From positions 30,566,001 to 30,630,000 of the forward strand of contig OY740792.1 in the NCBI GenBank assembly GCA_963514005.1: a stretch of DNA of 64,000 bases, read 5' to 3'. Below are positions 14,398 to 26,858 of this stretch, piece by piece. This DNA is from Raja brachyura (Eukaryota). Position numbers and translations under genes: made by a program. Position 1 is the first letter of the stretch. Every line of letters starts with the position of its first letter. The notes under the pieces are model-generated. The model worked only from the letters and a program-made list of their open reading frames with translations, had not been told where the DNA came from and did not search any database.

Positions 14398-14559
14398 TAT
14401 TCTCATACATGTTCCTTTGAAGCTTTCCCGTAAGTCATCGTGTTGCATAGTAAGCAGAGGGAAGCAAGTTGTGAGCATTCGCTTAATTGCAACCTGTGCC
14501 ATACCTGCGCCTGGATGTGGCACTATGGACGTTCCTGAGTGTGTAACTTGTGCATGAAA

Positions 14560-14864
14560 ATCAACGCCGCTGAACCTGCCCGGCCCTGACTCCGTGCGTA
14601 TATATTATGCTAATGTAGATCAGGTGAGCCAATGGACGGCGGAGCTGGCGCCGCTCTGTGCATATATTATGCTGATGAGCGTGCGGTGGGGTTTAGTGGA
14701 GGAGCGGTGGCGGGCGCTGTTTGTCACCATCACAGGGTTCTTTGTGGAGCCGTGTAGTGTTAGACGCGATCAACACTCTCTAGCTCCTAGCAATCCCTCT
14801 GTGGCGTCCGGGCAGTTACAGGCAGCAAAGCATCGTTTCTCAAGCATCTTTCTTTTGAAATAGC
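14560..14864 (+). promoter_or_regulatory. Promoter and 5' UTR of the TSC22D1 short isoform
   Basis: CpG-enriched, immediately upstream of exon 1; CCAAT at 14629-14633 lies between two copies of a TATATTATGCTRATG motif. Confidence 0.65.
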
Positions 14865-14989
14865 ATGAATGCTGAATATTATAAGTCATTGGCGATGGAG
14901 CTTGGGGTTTACCAGCTGAGGAATTTCTCGATTTCATTCCTTTCATCTTTGCTTGGAACAGAAAATGCGTCCGTGAAATTAGACAGTAG
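14865..14989 (+). CDS. TSC22D1: TSC22 domain family member 1, short isoform, coding exon 1
   Basis: ATG at 14865 gives [41 protein letters not shown], matching the recalled N-terminus of the vertebrate TSC22D1 short isoform ([30 protein letters not shown]); ends in phase 2 at donor AG|GTAAAT. Confidence 0.95.
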
Positions 14990-15645
14990 GTAAATGTCGG
15001 TGATTGCATTTTTGGAACAGTGCAAGGTCGCTTGTGTTTGAGACAGGCAGATACAGTTCAGCAAATGCTTCTTGTATTGCAACAGTCTGCGATGCTAAAG
15101 GCGGTGACAGCTTCTTCGAAGTCTGAGGCTCTTTGTGGGGAGGGGGTGCGGGAGGAGGCGAATTAGTGGGGAAAGCGATGTTTTTTAAATGTTTGATTGG
15201 TCCCGGGAGTTCCTGCTCGATTTGTGCTTCTGGAAATATTGTCGAGCAATGCAGGGAAAAATGGCTGGCGTCGTCTCACCGGCTTGTTTTTTTGCCGCAT
15301 TACAGCGGGGGACCCCGGAGTCAGCAAAAAGTGAAGATAACGGCGTTTTTGTTCAATGCTTCATCGTACACATTGATCAAAATGGGTTTAAAATCTAAAA
15401 AATACTGGGGTGGGGGGGGGGGGGGGTGGAGATCGCCGTGTTGCATACCTTGCAAGCTGCTCGCACGGAGGGGGAGGAGTGCATATAATGCATCAGATAT
15501 CACAAAAACAAAGCTATTATCGGGTTTCAATTTTACATAGGATCTTGGCAGGAGGTTGATTTGGCTGTTATTCGCCTGTTTGTTTTTTTTCCGTGCATCA
15601 TTCGAGATTGTTGCCTTAATCTTGTTTTCATGTGTTTCTTTACAG

Positions 15646-15697
15646 TTCTTCTGGTGCCAGTGTGGTAGCCATAGACAACAAGATCGAGCAAGCCATG
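15646..15697 (+). CDS. TSC22D1: TSC22D1 coding exon 2 (start of the TSC box)
   Basis: Acceptor tgtttctttacag|, 52 nt encoding (S)SSGASVVAIDNKIEQAM, donor ATG|GTAAGT; phase-compatible with both neighbouring exons. Confidence 0.97.
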
Positions 15698-16599
15698 GTA
15701 AGTGGAGCCAAAATATGTATGTGGAGAATGGTGGGTGAAGAAATACGGTATTATTTACTAATCGTACAGTAATGTCAGGGAAGGGAAAAAAACAAATCAG
15801 ATTATTTGATGAGCCCTTGAGTGCAGAATTTGAGTTTTGCGAGAGGGAGGGAAAGGGCAGTGTTTTTTGTGGGACCATGCCAAGGCAGCAGGACCAGGAG
15901 GAAGAAATAATTCCCACATCACAGGTGTAATAAAGCAGTTCTGGCATTCACTGTACGCTGTGTTAGTGTTTCCACCGCTGGTCCTCCATGTCAGAGGACA
16001 TTTATTGTTCATTGCAAAGATGCTCAAGGTGAACCTGAGGCAATGTTTTTACTTGTCCGCATCAGTCTTGTACATCATGACCCAGGGGAATAACCATCCC
16101 TGCAGTGTGAGGCTAAATGCTCGTGTTTCTAATTTCAAGCAAATGAAAATGTCATTTTCATGATTCTGAAACAAACAGATCGTTTTGATTTTGAAATACT
16201 TTACACACCTCAAACGCAAGGCTTATTTTCTTGTGCTGGTCTGTAAGTGCAGTTGATGCGCATAAGTCGTGTAATGGGGTTCTGGGCATGGCATGGAGAT
16301 CTTAGACCAGCCTGACATTTGGAACCCGGCTTGTGATGTGCTGTAGGAAGGGCAATGGGTTCTTCCTCAAATGTTTGCAGGGCTCCGGGTCTCTTTACAT
16401 TCCGGCTGTAGGAGGCGGTAGAGGGCTGATCCCGCGGGTATGAAATGTGCCAGAACATGCTAGAAGGATCCAGGCTATGATGGGGGGGGGGGGGGTGTTG
16501 TTAGGGGTAGAGGTCGGGTTACACAGATCCTCTCTCCACATATGCTGCCCGCCCCACTGAGGAGGAGCGGTATTTTCCATCTAGTTTGGTTGGACTGAG

Positions 16600-16940
16600 A
16601 GCAGGCCTGGCAGTGGGAGCCTGGCTACCTGTGCGGGGCTGGGGCTGGGGCTGCGGACGGGCAGGAGCGGGCGAGAGGCCGATGCGCCGCCACCGCCGTC
16701 TGCACCGATCTTCCGGCTGCTGCCCGAGAATCGCAAGCCTTAAACCCGAGCTATAAATAACTCCAACGTTGATTGGCCGCTGCCGATGACGCAGCGCGGC
16801 CTATGGGTTTCGGTGACGTCAGCAGTTGTCAGGAGCAGGAGGCGACGGAAGTGGGAATACGGGGCGGGCGGAGCCAGGGGTGGGCGCACCGACACTGCCG
16901 CCGGAGCGAGCGGCCGCTGGTGGTACTGCAGCAGCCCAGC
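16600..16940. promoter_or_regulatory. Intronic CpG island with promoter/enhancer motif cluster
   Basis: MEF2/TATA-like CTATAAATAA 16751-16760, ATTGG 16772-16776, TGACGCA 16787-16793, CRE TGACGTCA 16814-16821, ETS CGGAAGT 16846-16852, GC box 16861-16873. Confidence 0.7.
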
Positions 16941-17144
16941 TCATGCAACAAACGCATCTCCGACAGAACAGCTAATAACCCAAATACCTAACGTATTTGC
17001 CACAACACTAAGGTGTGTTGTAGGGCAGAGAGAGATCTGGGAGTACAAGTACATAGGTCTCTGAAATTGGCATCACAGGTTGATAGGGTGGCGAAGAAGG
17101 CGATCGATACATTGGTTATGTTACAGCTGTACAAGTAGTTGGTG

Positions 17145-17582
17145 CACTTAAGATAGGCACAAAATGCTGAAGCAATGCAGCGGGTCAGGCAGCGCCACTG
17201 GAGAAAATGCATAGGTGAAAATGCAAATGCAAGGATTCTTCGGGTCAGAATCCTTTTTGAGACTGATTGTTGGGGTGCAGGGAACTGGAAGCAAAAAAAG
17301 ACCAGGACAAATCCGGGCCAGTAACAGACCTTGATAGGCCAATTATTGATGTGATCCCAAGAGGGATACATTGTTGCGAACTATGGAACTGGTTAATTGA
17401 CTTATGGTCGATAGGGAGGGGATCGGATGTAGAAGTTACCCAAAATTAGAGAGTTCAATGTTCATACCAATGGGTTGTAAATTTTGCAAGCGAAATATGA
17501 CCTGCTGTTCCTCCCATTTGCGTGTGGCTTCCCTCTGGCAACGGAGGTGGCCCAGGACAGGAAGGTCAGTATGGGAATGGGT
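17145..17582 (-). mobile_element. Degenerate PLE 3' fragment inserted in a CR1 remnant
   Basis: Minus strand resembles the GIY-YIG C-terminus (EEQ.VIFRL) and a decayed pseudo-LTR similar to 34916-35300. Confidence 0.6.
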
Positions 17583-17589
17583 TAGTTGG

Positions 17590-18295
17590 TACACTTGGAA
17601 TACTGTAGAGTTTTGTTCAGCCTACAATTGGAAAGATGTAATTGAGCTGGAATGATTTACAAGTATGTTAATAGGATTTGAAGGCTTTAACTATAGGGAG
17701 AGATTGGCCAGACTATGAATTTTCTTTGGAGCACAGAAGGCTGATGGGTGATCTTATAGTGGTGTACAAAATCAGGAGGGGAATAGAGAGGGTGAATGTA
17801 TATAGTCTTTTACCCAGGGATGGGGAATCAATAATTAGAGGGCTCGGGTTTCAGGTGTGTGTTGGGTATATAGAAACATAGAAAATAGGTGCAGGAGTAG
17901 GCCATTCGGCCCTTCGAGCCTGCACCGCCATTCAATGTGATCATGGCTGATCATCCAACTCAGTATCCCGTACCTGCCTTCTCTCCATACCCCCTGATCC
18001 CTTTAGCCACAAGTGCCACATCTAACGCCCTCTTAAATATAGCCAATGAACTGGCCTCAACTACCTTCTGTGGCAGAGAATTCCAGAGACTCACCACTCT
18101 CATATGGAACAAGGTGTCAAGCAAAGTAGTTGAACCAGGCACAATAACAATATTTAAAAGACATTTGGACAATTACATGGTTCGTAAAGCTTTAGAGCGA
18201 TATGGGCCAAACATGGGTAAATGGGACCAGCTTAGATGGGGTATCTACTTTGGCATGAATGAGTTGGGCTGATGGGCCTTTTTCCATGCTGTATG
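17590..18295. mobile_element. Nested CR1 fragments: a plus-strand copy interrupted by a younger minus-strand copy (17870-18102)
   Basis: LEHRRLMGDLIVVYKI on +; RVVSLWNSLPQKVVEASSLAIFKRALDVAL on minus with a (TTTCTATG)-type tail. Confidence 0.8.
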
Positions 18296-18494
18296 ACGTC
18301 ACATGAAAGTAAGTTTATTGGGTGTAAGCTATAACACGGACTTTAAGCTGATGAATTCTAGGTGACACTGCTATATAATTGGTGTATTCAGCAGGTACTG
18401 ATGATTGATACATAACCCAGTATCTATCAGAAGTAGTTTCCCCTTTAACATGGTAAAACAAGCATAGCACATTGCTGCAAAGGAGAGGAGCCGC

Positions 18495-18892
18495 TGAGCA
18501 GAATCGTTTCCCCTGGAACCTAAGAGACTGAGGGGTAATCTTATGGAGGTTTATAAAATCATGATGGGCTTATGCAAGGTGAATGGTCACAGTCTTTTCC
18601 CCAGGGCAAGCGAGTCAAAAACTAGAAGGCGTAGGTTTACGGGGACAGAGCCAACGTTTAAAGGGATTTCAGGGACAACCTTTTCACGTAAGGAATGATA
18701 GGTATATGGAACAAGCTGCCAGAGGAAGTGGTAGAAATAGAGCATTTAAAAAATAAACTTAGATTTGTACATGGACAGGAAAGGTTTGGAGGGATATCAG
18801 CCAGGCACAGGCTAGCTTGGTTAGGCAACTTGTTCAGCATGGATGAAGTGCGCTGATGGACCTGTTTCCCTGCTGCATAGCTCTATGACTCC
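18495..18892 (+). mobile_element. CR1 3' fragment
   Basis: RLRGNLMEVYKIMMGL...IWNKLPEEVVE and tail ctctatgactc. Confidence 0.75.
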
Positions 18893-21045
18893 GATTCCAG
18901 AGCTCAACTAAAGCCATATGCAGTGGGAGACAGGAATTTAGCACGCTCAGTGGAATAGTGAGAAGGAATGATATTTTCAAATAGTCATATTTTGACTGCA
19001 TGTTTACAGATGTAGACCAGTGTTGAAATAATTGAAAATAGGTGTGTAGACATTAGCGAGGGTTTCAGCAGAAGATAAGCTGAAGTAGGTGCTGCTGCGC
19101 AGGTAGAGAACTTGGTTACACAGAGATAATGAGGTCAGAATCTCAGCTCTGCTTTCAACAGAACATCAAACCAAAATAGAAAGATAATGACACAGCATTA
19201 AGCTCCATTGACTTATGTCAACACCAGCCGAAAATGGAGCCTTGTCTGTTGCTCCCACTTCCCATTTCTTGATCTGAAGCCTTGTTGGTTACAATTGTTG
19301 GACCACACATTAGTTTTAAATGTGAGTAGGGGTTTGGCTTCCATCTTCCTTTCAGACAGAGTAATTTTGATGAAAATTATTTTCCTACATCTAACTAAAA
19401 CTCAATTTCTTTGAATTATCAATCATTGTTTCAAGGGACATGGGGGATCTGACTTGTTGACCAGTGTGGCAAAATCATGATTTTACATGCAGTTAAATCT
19501 CCCCTCAGCCTCCGTTATTCCAAAGAAAACGACAAGCTAGGCAGCCTCGGTTCTTAACTAAACCTCTGCAACACTGACAGGATTTCGGCACTCTCTAGCG
19601 CTACCTCAACCATCCATTGGTTGTAGCTTAACTGGTTAATACTGTCTCAACATGACCACCCTGCTCTTAAAGGCATGCATCCAAATGCCCCCTTAGCACC
19701 TTATCTAACCTGTTACCTGAAAACATTGGTGGACAAGATTCTGCCATTCCTCAAAAACAGTTTAATATCTACCATGTACTGTGCATTTTCTCACCTTGTT
19801 TCCATTGAACTCCATTTGCCATGATATGTGCACCTCAACGTCATTGGCATTTTGCTGCAGATTTTGATTTTCTTTCTTCCTGTCGAACCTGAGCCTATGG
19901 TTATGGTTCTTAACCATAGGAACTCATTTATTTTTAAATCCAAAAAATGAAAAGCAGGAGGTCTGATACTGAGTCCCACTGCATGCAATCCTTATTCAGA
20001 GGATTGGAAACTATAGTCAGGGTTGGTACTATAGGGATACAGTGCATTTGTGCTTAACAGTTTTTCCACTTGTAAAGGTTCCGGACACCTTACTATGACC
20101 TCCGTTTTCTTTCCAATACTTAACGTTTTTACTCTTAATTGACAGTGATGTTCACATCATGTGCTCTGTAAATCGGTACATAATTACCTGGAGGTGTACA
20201 TTTCTTCTGTCTCTGTGTCCTGCTTGCATCTTTACTTCATTTTATCCTGATTTGACTGCAATGCCAGTGACTGTGTGCCATAGATGTTGCTGGATGATAT
20301 CTAACCGGTGAAAACTTGGTTCCTCCACAAACGGGTGACAGTTCAAAAGCTATAACGGCACTAGGTGAAGCTGGGCGCTATTGGCAAACACGAGACGTGG
20401 CGTTGTATTTACGTGATGTTATTGAAATGGGGGCAGAAGATAAGAAATATGAGGGATTACCTAACTACAGAAGATCTTGGTTTTGGCAGATACTGGATGA
20501 AACCAATTGTGGACAATCTTCTTTAATTATCAGCTGAGAAAAGGTGTTAGAGATGATGATATGTCCGTATTTCTGTAGGCTGTAGGTAGGTTGTGAACAT
20601 TGAGGAGTGATTGTTTATATTGGTCAGAGATGCACCTTACAGTTGATGCTATTACATTGGAAAGGTTATTTAAGGCTCAAGACTCAAACAATTGAGGTGC
20701 TGGAATCTTGAGCTGAATCTGGAGATGAGGGATCTGAGACATGATGCTCAGCTTGGATAAGTTGGGCCACAGGGCCTGCTTCTAATGCTGTATGACCATG
20801 CGGATACTTGGAACAGCCTCGCTGGAAAGCATAAAATAGTTTTGCAAGGTATTACAGAGATGGTTTATGCTCAGCAGATATTAAATCAATAATATCTAGA
20901 CAAGGAAAAGTATCAAATGTGAACACAAAATACTAACAGGATGCTGTAATAAATTGCGGTTAAATAAATAAATAGATCATTTTTTTAAAGTGTGGTTTCG
21001 TGCTGTACAAAGTAATTATCTTTAATATGCATCTTTGTTTTGTAG

Positions 21046-21294
21046 GATTTGGTGAAGAGTCACTTGATGTATGCAGTGAGGGAGGAAGTGGAGGTCCTTA
21101 AGGAACAGATCAAAGAACTGGTGGAGAGGAACTCACAGCTGGAACAGGAAAACAACCTGCTGAAGACTCTGGCTAGTCCTGAGCAGTTAGCTCAGTTTCA
21201 GGCACAGCTCCAGACAACTGGCTGTTCTCCGCCAGTGTCTCAATCAGGACAGACCACTCAACCCACACCACCGAACGGCGGATCATCAGCTTAA
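21046..21294 (+). CDS. TSC22D1: TSC22D1 last coding exon (TSC box end, leucine zipper, Pro/Gln tail)
   Basis: Acceptor ctttgttttgtag|GAT; [56 protein letters not shown]...GGSSA*. KSHL and LAQFQAQLQ favour TSC22D1 over TSC22D3. Spliced CDS is 426 nt = 141 aa plus stop. Confidence 0.97.
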   Translation, partial: DLVKSHLMYAVREEVEVLKEQIKELVERNSQLEQENNLLKTLASPEQLAQFQAQLQTTGCSPPVSQSGQTTQPTPPNGGSSA

Positions 21295-22693
21295 AGTCCG
21301 GGCTGCACAAACCATTGGGGCCATTGGGCTTTGCAGAGAAGAGAAATAAATCTGTCATATCAATCATCATGTAATATTTCATCGCACACCGACAATTCCT
21401 AATTGGTTACGGGAACTAGAATTGTATAAAGTCAGAAAGAAACTCTCTTCAGTTTTAAGACAGTTGTCTTAGGCTAAAGGAGTTTGCTTTGAGGGTGTGG
21501 AATGGAACCTTGTTCTCAAAGAGAGTGGTTGTATGCAAAGAGAGGAGAAGCTGTCAATGCAGCTCTGAGTGCTGGTCACCGATTATTGCTCGTGTGAGAA
21601 CGCGTGCAGTTTTATTTCATTCAGCACGCGTGTAGCTGCGTGTGCATGCGCATGTATGTGTGCACACTAATATTAACCGCTTCCTAACAAGGTTAAGGAA
21701 GACGTGGATCAGAGGCAATCAGAAAATGACTGGAGTCCGGGAGGCCGTGCCCTCCTTTACAGCTCTATAGGCCACTTTGAATTATAACTGAGCTATGAAG
21801 ACAAAACGGGAGTATGAAGACAAAGCTGAGCAGTATTTAACTCGAACTATAAAGCTGTCACCCTGGACCTTAAATTGACAAGTTTGCTTTGTTTACACTG
21901 CTTCTCCAGGATGTGGAGAGGGGTAGATTTTTCAATTTAGATGTGACTCTAAAGATCTGTGGCAATCCGAAAGATTGTTCATCTAATGTATATTGTGTAC
22001 GTAGTGTAAGTATTGTGTAATATAGAGCTGTAACTATTAGGTTGTACAGATTGAAATTTTGCCGTTCACTGATCCAATTGCATTTGGACATTTTTTATTG
22101 CTGTTGAACAGAAATGGCATTCATGAACAATTATGCTGTTCGAAGATATTGTTGGCTTGGAAGAATTTTTTGTGTAAGTTTATGGTACGTGACAGGTAAT
22201 AATAGAAAGTAAGTGGTCCACTGGTCCCATTTCTATCAAGGTAAAACAGCGGCAAACGCTACACTTTTGATGCACTGACAAAAGTTGCCTCTCAGTCAGA
22301 AATGGCACTGAGAGGTGGGTATCCCTGGGTTCCAGTGGAATTGATTCTTTGTGATGCTGTTGGCTCAGTAGTCCATTGGTCTATACTGTAGTGGTTAGTT
22401 TCCTGTAGCTTCCAGGAGCAATGGTAACAACCAGCCTGGGTATATTTGTTGCTTCTAGCTGGTTGTGAATACCTCTGAGAAAACTATTCAACGGGAGTAC
22501 AATATTTAGAACACCCACAAGAGTGTGTTTTCACAATTAAGCACTCCAGACCTGAAAAATTCTGTTAGCAGCTCTGATTTCTGCTATGAGTTTCACATTA
22601 ACAGTAATAGTGTTGCTTATGTTCTGGTGCATGTTCTGAAACAGTTGTAACACATTCAATTATACTTGACTGCTGCACAACTTCTAAACTTTC

Positions 22694-22699
22694 AATAAA
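22694..22699 (+). terminator. Probable TSC22D1 polyadenylation signal (3' UTR about 1.4 kb)
   Basis: AATAAA at the end of a repeat-free stretch following the stop codon, with T/GT-rich sequence downstream. Confidence 0.6.
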
Positions 22700-24665
22700 C
22701 TCATGTTGGTAAATAATTGACTGTTTGAATTCATTGTTTAGAGTCTTTAATTGTAAACTATAGCATCAAATGGGATCAGATTGAAGGAAATATCGTTGGT
22801 CGGAACAAACTTGCATTAATCACCATCTAAGCAGCTGAATCCTAGTTGGGATAGACACTAATGCTCAAGGATGACGATCTAGATGCCTAAACAAACCAAA
22901 CGGCAAGGCTCTCAACCAAGGATGTAGGTTCTTTTTGAGAAACAAAACTTTTTTGCGCCAAAATTGTATCACCTATGGTATTTCCTGATGGATCATATTC
23001 TGTGAACTCAAATCTGCTACTTTATATAGAAGTGATTTTGAGCTTAATCTTTCGGGGTTCTCCCAACTCGATCATTAAAGAATTAGATGGATTTAATGAT
23101 TGACGTTGAGTTTGGTCAGCAGTTGCCCCAAATTCTGATCATGTATCTTTGACCACTTCCCTTCCCAACTATCATCCACTATTTAACATATTGGCAGAGC
23201 AAGATTAATTTGAACAAATGAAACAACCAAAAGTAATACCGCAATAATACATGCGTGTTGATGCAATTACGTCAGTGTTTGAATTCTCACAGCCATTCAC
23301 AATAGAATCTATTTTTGTCTACGAAGGTCTTTACATATTGCAGAAGCCTTTTGCAAATGATAAATCCTACTCAGTCCAGCAATCAGCATTCATCAAAGTG
23401 GCATAATCTGATTATTTTTCTACACAGTACCAGAATGGAGGTTGGTGCCCTGCTCAAGTGGGAAGAGTCAGGCTTGACCCGGTCTTACCATTCAACAAGG
23501 CAACAGATTTAAAAAGCAAAAGCAAAATAAAGGCATAATTCAATAGGTTGATGACGTTAAATGTGTTTTTCTCTCCACAGAAGCTGTCTGACTTGCTGAG
23601 TGTTTCCATCACTTTTTTAAAAATTTCAGATTTCTAACATTTTTCCACATGAGTCGTCTTTCCCCTCATACAGGAGGTGATTACAAACAAGTGAACTCTG
23701 CTTCGGTGTAGGTAAAACGGACAGGGTTGTAAAGAGTAGCAAAGTCTCAAATATACTGCCAACTGTTTGCACTTTGCTTTTTTCTGTTCATAGAGTAGGG
23801 TGTTATTCAGAGTTGCAGGGCAGTTGAAAATGCCAATTTAGTTATGTCTTTAAACACGTTAAAAGAATTTAGTGAGGTCTTAAAATTGTGACCTAAAATT
23901 TAGGTGAACAGTGAATTGCTGACCTAAAGAACAATAGAAATGCTAAAGATAGGTGTGTGTCTGTTTTAGTGGGGAAGGGGGTGGGGGGGAGGGGGGCAAG
24001 GGTGGTGGAGGGGTGGAAGAGCTGGATGATGTAGCATGTGCTCCATCATAATTAACAGACATTTATCAACCAGTATTTATTGCCCTTAATTGCCTCCGGT
24101 AGTGAGCAGCTGCCTTGAACTGCTGCAGCCTCCATTAAGATTCTTTAATCTATTTCCAGGTTAGGAGGGATTAGAACATAGAGGGGAACCTGCAGATAGT
24201 GGTGTACCTATTTACTTGTTGCAGTTGTCTTTCAGTCGAGGTCATCAATGGGGGTGCAGATGAAGAAGCTTTGTCAACTTATGGTGCTGCTGGTGGATGG
24301 AGTGCATGCTTGTGCATGGCCAATCCAATCGTCAGTTTTGATTTGGTTGGTGACCGTTTGAAGTGTACTTGAATTGTAGTCACGCTGCAGAATTCCTGAT
24401 ATGCCTTGTATTTGATGGGAAGGCGTTGTAGGTTAGAAGATGAATCATCTATCGCAGGGTTTGTGAGCTGCTCTTGCAAGTGGATTCTATAGCTGGTGCA
24501 TTAAATTTAAGACGTGCTGATGACCCCTCCACCTCCTTCCCAGCACCCGACTGCCCCCAATTCCCCTTCCTGCAGCCGAGAATTGTGATAATAATGGATT
24601 GAATGTCAAGCAGGGGCAGTTGTACATTAGCCACGTGCTTTGTTGCCACTTTTCAGTCCAAGACG

Positions 24666-26150
24666 GAATGCTGTCCTGCACATACAGAGTGTTTCAATAT
24701 CAGAGGAGCTGCAAAGGGAACAGAGTATAGTCTTCATCCTGCATCACATGAAGACATTGACAAAGCAACCAAAGCTGGGACACTGCCCTGAAGAAATCCT
24801 ACAGTGATGTCCCGGGACTGAGATGATTGGACTTCCCTCACTGCAGCACTGAAGGACCTCTTGGATGAGCCTCAACTGCACGGTAATCTTTGAATGAACA
24901 CCAGTTGTTAATATTCATTATATACTGTACTAGTTAAGTGTGTATTTGCTCTCACATATGTCCGTCAGGTTTTATTTATGTTTTAAACACGTTTATTCAT
25001 AAAAAGTATATACAAGAATTTTTTTTTAAAACAATGTCGATTTCTTTGCTGTTGTTCATTCTATATTCATAGTATTATCAGGTCTGTACATTTGCAGTAT
25101 GAGCGCATTCTGTGTGCAAGGCTTCATTACCATTTAGATGGTACAAACTTCAGGTTTTGATAAGCTTTTAGCCAGGTCTTAGCCCCTCATTTCCAGTGGC
25201 AGAAGGCCCTTGCTTACATAACCTTCGCGTTGGCTGCAGAGCTTCACCGCGTCCCCCAGCATGTACGCCTACTAACAGGAATGTGCCTCTCAGCAACATT
25301 CCCTTATGGATATCTCATTGTACTGAAAGACCAACAAGTTTCAGACAGACCAAAGAGAGTCTTTCACTGTGTTGGTGAACATCCAGCAGCATTTAATGCT
25401 CGCCTTGCTATGCATCCCTGGGAACAGACCGTAGATCACAGAGTGCCTTGTTATGCAGCTGCTTTTTATTTTGAACTAGACCATTTCTCAGCTCAGGCTT
25501 CTGGCACCAAAGATCAGCCTTGTGGCCTTGTGTTTCATTCCCATGACTCAAAGCTCTCTGATATGTCTGGGTAAGATTTTGGAATACTGTATTGAATGCT
25601 CTGTCTTGAAATTCTGTGATTTTGCCGTGATACCCACGGCAAATAACAAATCTGATAATAGTGTTCATGGCTCTGGCCATAATGGAATCTCTTATCACAA
25701 CTTTCTCATTCTCTCATTCTCAGCCACTTCCCTGGCTAGCTTAGTGTTGACCGAGTATCTCTGCCCAATCTCCATCCCATCCTTAAGCCTTTGGAGTTTC
25801 ACGAGACTTCATAGATCAGGAACATGAAGCAGCACCAAATCCTGGCAATTCTGGCTCTACACCCTCCCAGCCAACGATGAAGTCTTAATCAGCGCCTGCT
25901 GCCTTCCGTTCTTCACTATCCAGGATGTCCAATATCTATTGGTAACACTAAATATGAGTCACAGTTTGAGATTTTGTGTCATATAGGCAGAAGGTGCAAA
26001 AAGACCTGCTGGAAAGAACAAAGAACTGAATGTTGTCCTGCAGGTACAGAGTGTTTCAATATCAGAGGAGCTGCAAAGGGAACAGAGTATAGTCTTCATC
26101 CTGCATCACATGAAAACATTGACAAAGCAACCAATGCTGGGACTCTGCCC
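24666..26150 (+). repeat. Dispersed 123-bp direct duplication (24666-24788 and 26028-26150)
   Basis: About 6 mismatches between copies; offset 1362 bp. Confidence 0.9.
25085..25700 (-). mobile_element. Degenerate L1/Tx1-like LINE 3' fragment
   Basis: Minus strand reads SVIYGLFPG and VKDSLWSV.NLLVFQ, motifs I recall from fish Tx1 ORF2 C-termini. Confidence 0.5.
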
Positions 26151-26858
26151 AGAGTCCTGACTGACTGACCTGACTCTGTCGAGAGTGAGAGGATTTCTGA
26201 GAAAAAGTATTCAACAAATCACTAATTATATACTCTAGGGCTTTGAAGGAAATGGCTCTGAGGTAGTTGATGCAAAGGAATCATCTTCCAAATTTCCATC
26301 AGACCTAGAATAATTTGCACATAATGGAAGATAACAAATGTTACCCACTGTTTAAGAAGAAGTGTCACATCAGGGAAGTTTCTGTAATTTAATATTGGAG
26401 ACTGGGTTGCTATATTAAAGGCAGAAATCAATAGATATCGGAAAGTCAAGGGATATGGGATCAGTGCAGAAGATTGACATTAAAAAAAATCAGCCATGAT
26501 CACATTGAATGGTGGAGCAAGTGTAAAGGGCCAAATGGCCTGCTCCTGATTACATTTCCTATGTGTAAGATTTAGATGCATCATTGTACCTTACAACATC
26601 ATGGCTGTTCTCCTGTCCTCAGAAATAAAGCTGTCTGTGGTTTACCAGGTTATATTCCTATAGATAACCCTCAATATTATTCCTAATCAATTTCAGAATT
26701 ATGCTTGTCTTCAAAGCAAAGCTACTAATAATGAGATTTTCGGTCATTTCCTTTGAAGATATCCTTTCACCAATACTTTTTTGCATATCTTTCACTCATT
26801 GTTCCTTATCTCTCCACATCACTGTTTATATCTCTCGTTTCCCTGATCCCTGACCAGT

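Noticed and set aside
15321-15947. 208-aa minus-strand ORF, the longest in the track
   Set aside because: It is antisense to TSC22D1 exon 2, passes through a poly-G run and has no recognisable domain.
15412-16495. Long poly-G runs (also poly-C near 54593 and 60720) as G-quadruplex elements
   Set aside because: Simple homopolymers whose length is error-prone in assemblies; no evidence of function.
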